DNA of 12,197 bases from Octopus sinensis (GCF_006345805.1 NW_021826622.1:1-12197); one strand, 5' to 3'. Counted from the first letter of the stretch, positions 1 to 7,898 are shown. Notes: generated by a model from the sequence alone, not told the origin. Program-made: numbers and translations.

Positions 1-357
1 CGGCCTTATGGAGAAGTGTAAATGTTTACGGTACGTAGATAAGTCACTGTAACTTCCTCTCAAAAGTCTGGTCTGAATACTTGCAATAAAAAGCACCCAC
101 GGACCAAATTGTGGCATTAAACCAAACGACGATGTATATCAATTACACACATACACCGAGCGTGTATCTATGCGAGTATATCGGTGTAAATACCTTGTGG
201 TATTCAATTCCAAAAATAGAAGTAAATTTCTAAGGAAGCGTAACCCAAGTCGACGTAGCCATTCCATACAGAATATGGGATCCAAAATTAACTAAAATCA
301 CGAAAAGCTGTGTTCCAGTATAGCCGCAGTCTAGTGACAGAAACCACCAAAAGAATA

Positions 358-482
358 GGCATAGGAGTGGCTGTGTGGTAAGTAGCTTGCTTACCAGCCA
401 CATGATTCCAGGTTCAGTCCCACTGCGTGGCACCTTGGGCAAGTGTCTTCACTATAGCCTTGTGAGTGGATTTGGTAGACGG
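358..482 (+). mobile_element. 5' head of tRNA-derived SINE, here called family B (GCATAGGAGTGGCTGTGTGG...)
   Basis: Pol III A-box-like TGGCTGTGTGG (368-378) and B-box-like GGTTCAGTCCC (411-421), followed by CACTGCGTGGCACCTTGGGCAAGTG. Homologous degenerate heads occur at 1366-1434 and 10019-10100. Resembles a recalled octopus SINE. Confidence 0.85.
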
Positions 483-740
483 TTGAACTAGGGACAGCTG
501 ATGAAGGGGATTTTTCCTGTGTAGTTTGTCTTGTACCCTGTTTTTTCGTTGTATAAAAAATAGTCCTTTCCCTGCTTGTTTTTACTTTTTCGTTTTCGTT
601 TTTCGTTTCTCGTTTAGTTCTACGTCTAATTGTGGTGTCCTGTACTCACGTATATATATTTATATATGCATGTATATATACATGTAGATGTAGGTACGTA
701 CATATATGTATGTATGCATATATTTTATTTATTACACTAT
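483..740 (+). mobile_element. Foreign segment inside the SINE, possibly a Penelope-like element terminal fragment with CTGATGA motif
   Basis: Unrelated sequence separates the SINE head from its 3' half. It contains CTGATGA (498-504), a T-rich tract and an AT/ATGT microsatellite tail. The Penelope assignment is inference from the CTGATGAAG motif. Confidence 0.4.
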
Positions 741-756
741 ATATATATATATATAT

Positions 757-994
757 TTATGTGTGTGTATGTGTTTGTGTGTCTGTGTTTGTCCCGCCAA
801 CATCGCTTGACAACCGATGCCGGTGTGTTTACGTCCCCGTAACTTAGCGGTTCGGCAAAAGAGACCGATAGAATAAGTACTAGGCTTACAAAGAATAAGT
901 CCAGGGGGTAGATTTACTCGACTAAAGGCAGTGCTCCAGCATGGCCACAGTCAAATGACTAAAATAAGTAAAAGCGTAAAAGAGTAAAAGAATA
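757..994 (+). mobile_element. 3' half of family B SINE
   Basis: (GT)-rich linker, then CAACATCGCTTGACAACCGATGCCGGTGTGTTTACGTCCCCGTAACTTAGCGGTTCGGCAAAAGAGACCGATAGAATAAGTAC...GTGCTCCAGCATGGCCACAGTCAAATGAC and a tail of AAAAG(A/C)GT repeats. AAAAGAATA at 349-357 and 986-994 may be a 9-bp TSD but overlaps the tail motif. Confidence 0.8.
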
Positions 995-1365
995 TTCATA
1001 AAACACTCTCTACTAATGTCTCATATCATTACTAATTTACTTAAAAACACTAAACAAGACATTTTGGAAAAAGCTTCTACAAGTCTTGTACTATAATATC
1101 TACGTATGTTACTGTATGTAAACGTTTTAAAAGTGTCCTTCCCCTCAATCAAGTTAGTTAAGTTGATTTCATTCAACAATGCCGATTGCCTGTCAAGAAG
1201 AAGCCAAACCAAGCCCCATTGTTGTTATGATAGGAGCTGTGTCTTGAGAGTTGAAGAACTGAAAATAAATCATTGTTGACAGTTATGGAACGAATGGGTA
1301 ATATTGTTTTAGTAATTGATAATCTTATGGTGTGGAAAAATATTTACAGACAGATATACGTTACA

Positions 1366-1434
1366 GTTTGATTAAGAAGTTCTCTTCGCAACCGTGTGGT
1401 TCCTAGTTCGATCCGAATGCGCAGTACTTTGTGC
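1366..1434 (+). mobile_element. Degenerate family B SINE head fragment
   Basis: AAGAAGTTCTCTTCGCAACCGTGTGGTTCCTAGTTCGATCCGAATGCGCAGTACTTTGTGCA aligns with 380-441 of the first copy. B-box-like GTTCGATCC is retained. Confidence 0.55.
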
Positions 1435-1773
1435 ATATATATGTAGTGAATCTTGCATGCATAAAGTGGATTCGATCCCCCATAGCGAAATTTAAATTTA
1501 CACTGCAACAGAACTGTTCCCACGGTGGAACAATGGTTATTCTCTGACAGCAGTTTTACATTTTCCAGATGCCATTAGCTAGGCCGAAATAATGTCTTCA
1601 CCACTTGACCCTTTCTCACCTCTTCTACTTTACCAAAAGCTAGAATAGAGACAAACCACCAACTAAATCTATTGTTCTCAATGATATATCTATCCTTCTG
1701 GCGTTACATATATATTCAACTGTAGCCTCGTGTTTGCTTATTATCTTGTGTGTGAAGATTGTTGGACATACTG

Positions 1774-1984
1774 TTTTCAAATTTTAGCACAAGGCCAACA
1801 ATTTCGGAGCAGAGGGTAAGTCGATTATGTTGACCCTAATAATCAGCTGCTTCTTACTTTATCGATTCCGATGGATAACAAGCAAAGTCGACCTCGTTGG
1901 AATTTGAACTCGGAACGTAAAAACGGACGAAATACCGCTAAGCATTTTGCCCGGCGTGCTAACGATTCTGCTAGCACTCTGCCT
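1774..1984 (-). mobile_element. tRNA-derived SINE, here called family A (AGGCGGCGAGCTGGCAGAATCG... type)
   Basis: Clear similarity to 7581-7813 and 10761-10977 (AAAGTCGACCTCG..GGAATTTGAACTC.GAACGTA...GAAATACCGCTAAGCATT..GCCCGGCGTGCTAACGATTCTG). B box GAGTTCAAATTCC lies on the minus strand. Confidence 0.9.
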
Positions 1985-2002
1985 CACACACACACATTAA
2001 TG

Positions 2003-2004
<2 letters not shown>

Positions 2005-2075
<71 letters not shown>
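2005..2075. repeat. (TA)n microsatellite
   Basis: About 35 near-perfect TA units. Confidence 0.98.
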
Positions 2076-2081
<6 letters not shown>

Positions 2082-2297
2082 TGTGTGTGCGTGCGTATGC
2101 TTTTATGTATAATCATATATAAAAGTATTTAGAATCGCTTAATTTAGTTTTAGTAAACTAACACACTTTATTTTTATTAGAGGAATGTTGACAATGACGG
2201 TTACTTCAAAGTTACAGGTATACAGCTTTCTTCGGACTGATAAAGGCTATACAGTTGTAACTTCGAAAAAAACTAAGAAACTGGCAGGAAATAACTT

Positions 2298-2378
2298 GAC
2301 TGGTATCTTATTTTATCGAAACCCAAGATGAAAAGTAAAGTTGACCCCCAACAGAATTTGAACTCAGAACATAAAGTC
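2298..2378 (-). mobile_element. Degenerate family A SINE fragment
   Basis: CTGGTATCTTATTTTATCGA...GATGAAAAGTAAAGTTGACC...AGAATTTGAACTCAGAAC matches the family A core. Confidence 0.7.
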
Positions 2379-2415
2379 AATAAATACTGCCGCGTTTTTT
2401 TTTTTTTTTTTTTTG

Positions 2416-2580
2416 GCTGGTATCTTATTCTTTTTAGTTAATATATTCTCAGAATGATGAAAGGTAAAATTGAACTCGACGGAGTTTGAATCCAGAACGT
2501 ATAAAGCTGTTAAATGAATACCATAAAGCATATTCTTCACTACCAACACCACAACCCGTTGCTCTACCGATTCTCCCAAC
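2416..2580 (-). mobile_element. Degenerate family A SINE, tandem to the previous fragment
   Basis: CTGGTATCTTATT...GATGAAAGGTAAAATTGAACTCGACGGAGTTTGAATCCAGAACGTA...AATACCATAAAGCAT...GCTCTACCGATTCT matches family A. Confidence 0.7.
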
Positions 2581-3047
2581 GTAATTTTGTAATAAACTTA
2601 CAACTCAAACATCAACAGTAAGCAAGATTAACTGAGGAATGCTTCACCCGGTGAAGAATTTTTTCGTTAATTAGTCGACATCCAAAACCTCGTATGTTAA
2701 AACATGGCAAAACTACTTTCTTTTAGCTATTCTAGGTAAGTTAGTGAGTTCGGTCTGTTTGTTGATTACTCAGCCTCGAACAACTACAAATAAAACAACA
2801 GTAAGAAAACTGACTTTAGATAAGTGTCTATTAACTTGCCTGTTGTGTGCTCTGCTATGCCGTGCTTGTGTTGTGCGCTGTTTTGTTAAGTTGGACTATT
2901 TTTGAAGCTGCCAGATCATCAAATGAAGAAATTCCTCAAAGCAGCAACCCAGGTGAAGTAGATGCATCAAAGTAGCTAACGCTCCAGGTGTAAGTAGATA
3001 GACATATTTAAATAACCAGATAGACGGATAAATAGGTAGAAAGAGAA

Positions 3048-3048
3048 C

Positions 3049-3079
<31 letters not shown>

Positions 3080-3105
3080 TGTGTGTGTGTGTGTGAGAGA
3101 AAGAC
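3048..3105. repeat. Compound (GA)n(GT)n microsatellite
   Basis: Directly visible. Confidence 0.95.
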
Positions 3106-4185
3106 AGGAGAGGAAGACAAAAGAAAAAAATGATAAAGAAAGGGATGAAGATAAAGGTGTATGAAGCGGAGTATAAAGCTGTATATTACAGAAAAAAAAC
3201 TGCGATAAATTACAAAAAGGTAACAAAAACTAAAACAAAAAAAACAACGAACTCTACTTGACTGCGGAAGTTATGAAGGCTACTGTAATTGATACCAACC
3301 TTTGTTATTGTTGTTGTATTGTTAGTTATTATTGTAGTGTCAAGAATGCATGCAAGGAGGGCTGGCCTTGAGCATAAAACAAAATGGTGGAAAAACCGTG
3401 ACATAAAAACGTCGAACGCAGAACAGATTTCTTCTACAGCCGCTGTTCATCGATCAGTGAGCCTGCAGTAGTTTCATGGGCAAAAAAAAATGTTCAACCG
3501 CTTGCCTAGGGTGAGCCCATAGCAATATCATATCTTCTCCACTATTTCAGTATTACGTGTTAAAAGTGAAACAAAAACATCTCTCTATTTTATGTCAGAT
3601 ACTTTCACTTTAACAATAAAAATTAGAGATGATAATAACAATTGAATTATATGTAGTAAGTAATAATTAAAATCAAACTAAAGTATGATATAATAATTAA
3701 ATCGTAACATTGCATCAATGACTTGAACTTGAATCAGTGGTTTCACATGAATGAGAATAAATAAAATTTAAGTGCAGAAATGGAATAGTCCAGATGGAGG
3801 TGTGCACGGCTTTTACATTAGATTATTTGCTAATTAGCTAGCATTAAGTATCTTTATGAAGTTTGGCTCTACGAAAGATGCTTCTACTGAGTACCGCTGT
3901 TGGTTTATTTTTGATCCATAAAGGCCTATAGCTTCAACAGAGTACTGCTTTTTTGTTTACCGTAAGGTTTGTTGTTATTATTATTTCTGTTTAACTATTG
4001 TTATCACGTTTGTTGGTTCCTCGTAAGGGAAGCGTTGTTGTGTTGCAAGTTGTTAAATAATTGTAAACCGTAACCCTCCCCCATTGGGAGAAGGAGCTTT
4101 GGTTATTGTTTAAAAATTGAATTGTGTCCCTGTTTGGGGAAATTGAGAATATTTTCACCGTTTACACGGAAGCATTTTTGTTAGA

Positions 4186-4730
4186 ATGCCTTCGATAGAA
4201 GAAAGTCCAAAAATGAATTTTGCTGCAGCCGTCGGCGGGCGGCGAACTCATTAAAATTAAAATGGAAGAAATACAAACTATTTCGGATTGATCACCGACA
4301 AAGACGGTGAATTTAGGATAACACCACCAAACGAAATAAAAAAAAATTAAAGAAAAGACTATTGCCTATAAAGTATACAATGTAGAGAAAAAAACGATTT
4401 GAACACCTGGAGGAAAGCACATTGAAAGTGTCTTGGTGCGACTATGAAAGATATCAAGTATCTAACCAGAGGCGGTAAATTCGCCACAATAGAAGCAAGG
4501 TTCGAGTAACGGAGCATGCAAGGAGTACTCGACTCGAACCTTGAACCTTGCAAAGTGGAAATATTTTATTTTTACCTTTATATCTGGGGCGTAGGACGTC
4601 CCGGATAAAAGTTTAAAATGCCCCCACCCCGAAGTAGAAGTAGGCTGGATTGTAGCCACACTTCTATACAAGAGGGAGGACAAGATACAATTGATCGAAA
4701 TTACAAGAGACGGGCTAACAATTCCAGTCT
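4186..4730 (+). pseudogene. Decayed ORF, probably ORF1 of an L1/Tx1-like non-LTR retrotransposon
   Basis: Joining frames across stops and frameshifts gives MPSIEESPKMNFAAAVGG...IKEKTIAYKVYNVEKKTI*TPGGKHIESV/LGATMKDIKYLTRGGKFATIEARFE*/KEYSTRTLNLAKWKY/FLPLYLGRRTSRIKV*NA/PEVEVGWIVATLLYKREDKIQLIEITRDG. The family assignment rests on recalled similarity to octopus LINE ORF1-like sequences, not on a search. Confidence 0.45.
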
Positions 4731-4849
4731 GTTATATATTTTGAGTATTGTTATCACTAGCGATATCAAGATATAACTTTGCATTTTGTATTTTATGTGT
4801 AGATGTATATATATAGATGTACATGTAATATGTACATATATATACATGC

Positions 4850-5067
4850 ACTAGCACTATGACCCGGCAACGACGGGTCTTTAATGCAATGTATATATAT
4901 ATATATAATATATATATAGAATATATATATATATATATATATAACCAATTTCAACGGATTTCGCCCAAATTTGACGTCGATGTTTCTTGGTTTGGTTTGA
5001 AATAAAGAACTTGATTAGCTTAATAATCCTAACTTAATCTGGGGCAAAGCCAAGTCATACTGCTAGT
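4850..5067. mobile_element. 218-bp non-autonomous element with Helitron-like 3' termini at both ends, central (TA)n
   Basis: Left ACTAGCACTATGACCCGGC (4850-4868) and right GCCAAGTCATACTGCTAGT (5049-5067) are inverted repeats (16/19). Hairpin GACCCG-N7-CGGGTC lies at 4861-4879. Each end terminates in CTAG followed by T on its own strand. Confidence 0.5.
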
Positions 5068-5082
5068 ATATTATAAAAAGAG

Positions 5083-5205
5083 CTGTGGATTGGTAGAATC
5101 GCTAGTATGGCAGTATTCGACATTTTATGTTCTGTGTTCAAGTTCTGCCAAGATCAACTTAGCCTTTCATTCTTTCAGAATTGAAGTAAACTACCAGTCA
5201 CCCTA
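5083..5205 (+). mobile_element. Old degenerate family A SINE
   Basis: TGGTAGAATCGCTAG...TATGTTCTGTGTTCAAGTTCTGCCAAGATCAACTTAGCCTTTCATTCTTTC...TACCAGT aligns with 10424-10565. Confidence 0.65.
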
Positions 5206-5963
5206 CTGAAGTCAGTAGCATAGACTAACAAACACCCTTTCTTAATATTGCTTGTCTTGTGTTTAATTTAGAAACAACTATTGTTGTTGTTGCTGTTGTT
5301 GTTTGCTATGAGCAGACGTTCGTAACGGAGTTCACTGAAGGTTTGGAATATTTCCATGTTTTACATCATACACAATTTTATTTTATTTTATTTACTATTT
5401 ATTTATTTTTGTATATGTAGGCTTTGGAATTTTTGATTGTCCACCCTTTTTAGCTAACAGCAGAAGAAATGATGTTTTACTTTTGAATATTCTTAATATT
5501 ATATTTAGTAAGCTTTCTTTCTTTCTCTTTTTTTTGCATATAAATATATATATAACAATATACTTTTCCTGTCTGAGATGCTAAATACAGGGGCGGTAGC
5601 TGCTTTCACACCCACAAGATATTCGAAAAAATCTTGCGTTGAAAATTCTGAAAAGAAAAACACAGACTCTAAAAGAAATACAGAAATAACTAGAAAAATT
5701 CACTAAAAATAATGACATTTAAACGGATACAATTACAAATATAAACATAGGCATTAAAATTTTGAAAATATACAGAAAAAGTGTGTAAGAGAGTGTTAAA
5801 AATAAATGCACACATCATTATTTTGACACTTACTGCTTCTTATACTCATACAGAATTAATTCCAACTTGGCAAGTCTCAGCACACGCCAAAAAAAATTTC
5901 GTTTCCTGCTTTTTTATGTAGGAACGGAAGTTCCTATCTAGCTTCAAATGACTGAGCTGGTAT

Positions 5964-6009
5964 CTATCACTGAAGAGACAAAATCATACCGAAACATCAT
6001 GTCTGATAG
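5964..6009 (+). ncRNA. Type I (minimal) hammerhead ribozyme motif, stem II degraded
   Basis: Stem I CTATCA(5964-69)/TGATAG(6004-09) is 6/6 paired. Core CTGAAGA at 5970-76. G5977-C5990 closes stem II. GAAA at 5991-94. Stem III ACA/TGT (5994-96/6000-02) has loop TCA. GTC cleavage triplet at 6001-03. The inner 12 nt of stem II do not pair. Confidence 0.65.
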
Positions 6010-6130
6010 TCCTCTGACGTCACCTGGATCTTTGTGCACTTTCACATTTTATATCATCACTTTCACATTTTAAAAATCATCTCTGGCTAATCGTTGAGAG
6101 GACGTTGGTTTTGCCTCAGAGGAAGTACTC

Positions 6131-6184
6131 TTATTATTATTATTATTAATTCTTCTTCTTCTCCTTCTTCTTCTTCTTCTTCTT

Positions 6185-6256
<72 letters not shown>

Positions 6257-6278
6257 TTATTATTATTATTATTATTAT
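6131..6278. repeat. Compound (TTA)n-(TTC)n-(TTA)n microsatellite
   Basis: Directly visible. It produces the poly-I/R/S/Y ORFs in the track. Confidence 0.98.
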
Positions 6279-6817
6279 ATGTTTGACTTTTGCTTTGTAT
6301 TTGTATAAGTTGACTCCAAGTCTCACCGAGAGACTTCAAGAGACAGCAAGCTAGAAGTTCAAGTTGGTGTTATGACTAGGGTGTCATATATTTGGTATTG
6401 CACATAGTATTGTTCTAGAGAAAGTTTAAGAAAACAAGAAAATTATGAGTTTGTTTCAAAATTTGAGATTACATAGACAGTATTTCACGTAGGATATGGG
6501 CAGTTCCCATGAGCACTATCTTTTGAATTTCTGCCATCTTTGGATTTCCTGGTATCTAAGTTAGGTAGAAATCAACCTCTTTTGCTATCATTCCTTGGGT
6601 ACCTATGACAACATGTATTGTTTTAGTCTTGAAGTTCCACATTTTACCAATTTCTATTTCAAGATCTTTATACTTGCTCAGTTTTTGGTAGGTCTTGACA
6701 GATACATTTATGTCGATTGGGACAAGGCATGATTTTTGTCTGAAGTCTTTCAATATAATATCTGGCCTATTCGCATCTATCTTTTTGTCAGTTTGAACGC
6801 TGAAGTTCCAGAGGAGT

Positions 6818-6819
<2 letters not shown>
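6279..6819 (-). mobile_element. 5'-truncated R4/Dong-like non-LTR retrotransposon: C-terminal restriction-like endonuclease (RLE) domain plus 3' UTR
   Basis: TLLWNFSVQTDKKIDANRPDIILKDFRQKSCLVPIDINVSVKTYQKLSKYKDLEIEIGKMWNFKTKTIHVVIGTQGMIAKEVDFYLT*IPGNPKMAEIQKIVLMGTAHILREILSM* (ends 6469). The RPD...K..KY..L..E...MW pattern is typical of the RLE domain. There is an internal TAG, and (TAA)n flanks both sides. Confidence 0.85.
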
Positions 6820-6867
<48 letters not shown>

Positions 6868-6894
6868 ATTATTATAATTATTATTATTATTATT
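6820..6894. repeat. (TTA)n microsatellite between two retroelement fragments
   Basis: Directly visible. Confidence 0.98.
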
Positions 6895-7850
6895 CAGTAG
6901 TCTTTTTTTACGTGCTTTCACTGCACCATCGAGCGCAGCTATGTGTGCCCTGGGTATGTGCTGTGGATTGTTGTGATGCTCTCATTTTCTCTGTATTGAA
7001 AGTGGTTTACGTAGAATGTGTGCGGTGCCTAGTAGTGTTATTTTCTGTATGCTATATATGCTTGTCACTCCTGGTGTTTTTGCTATGTATTTGTCTGAAT
7101 ATTTGTTATCGTGCCTAATGCGCTTACTATGATAGGAATTGTCTCTGTTTTTAGGCTCCACATTCGAGTTACCTCTGTTTCCAGGTCTTTGTATTTTGAA
7201 AAACATTGTCATCTGTTGGTATTGATGCATCAATTAGGAAACAGTTTTTTCCTTGATTTTCTCTGACAGCTATATCCGGCCTATTTGCTTTAATTTCTCT
7301 GTCTGTAAAGATCAGTAGCTAATCTTTACAGCCATATGAGCCCTTGCAGCATCCCCTCTGCTCTTTTGGAAACAGGTTGTTTTCTTCCAGATGCTTGCTC
7401 ATTCTCTGCGATATTCTTTTCTACTCTAAGCACAAGGCCCGAAAAATGTTATGGTTGGAGCAGTCAATTAGATCGACCCCAGTATGCAACAGGTACTTAA
7501 TTTATCGACCCCGAAAGTATGAAAGACAAAGTTGACTTCGGCTGAATTTGAACTCAGAACGTAAAGACAGACGAAATACCTATTTCTTTACTGCCCACAA
7601 GGGGCTAAGCATAGAGGGGACAAACAAGGACAGACATAGGTATTAAGTCGATTATATCGACCCCAGAGCGTAACTGGTACTTAATTTATCGACCCCGAAA
7701 GGATGAAAGGCAAAGTTGACCTCGGCGGAATTTGAACTCACAACGTAAAGACAGACGAAATACCGCTAAGCATTTCGCCCGGCGTGCTAACGATTCTGCC
7801 AGCTCGTCGCCTTTCATTCTCTGCGATATTGCAGTAAAGGCTTTGTAGGC
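6895..7850 (-). mobile_element. Second, divergent R4/Dong-like element: short RT fragment fused to RLE domain plus 3' UTR, interrupted by the SINE dimer at 7416-7813
   Basis: Removing the SINE and one TSD copy gives YKAL/TAISQRMSKHLEENNLFPKEQRGCCKGSYGCKD*LLI (RT EQxGC..G..GCKDQL motif), joined to FTDREIKANRPDIAVRENQGKNCFLIDASIPTDDNV/SKYKDLETEVTRMWSLKTETIPIIVSALG/...QKITLLGTAHILRKPLSIQRK* (ends 6982). The 3' end abuts (TAA)n. Confidence 0.85.
7416..7813 (-). mobile_element. Head-to-tail dimer of family A SINEs with 17-bp TSD
   Basis: Full monomer at 7581-7813 plus a 5'-truncated monomer at 7416-7580 with a different tail. TCATTCTCTGCGATATT occurs at 7399-7415 and 7814-7830. Confidence 0.92.

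Positions 7851-7851
<1 letters not shown>

Positions 7852-7898
<47 letters not shown>

Noticed and set aside
358-440. tRNA gene call for A/B-box-containing sequences
   Set aside because: No cloverleaf is evident and the boxes continue into SINE body sequence present in several copies.
1106-1279. Plus-strand 57-codon ORF containing NADCLSRR and CCYDRSC
   Set aside because: Resembles the gypsy NADALSR motif or a Cys-rich peptide only over a few residues; no flanking RNase H or integrase context and no signal peptide.
1554-1600. Strong plus-strand acceptor TTTTACATTTTCCAG followed by ATG
   Set aside because: All three frames stop within 8 codons and no donor was found.
2632-2670. CTGAGGA followed by hairpin CTTCAC-CCG-GTGAAG as another hammerhead
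   Set aside because: No GAAA after the hairpin and no stem I or stem III with a UH site.
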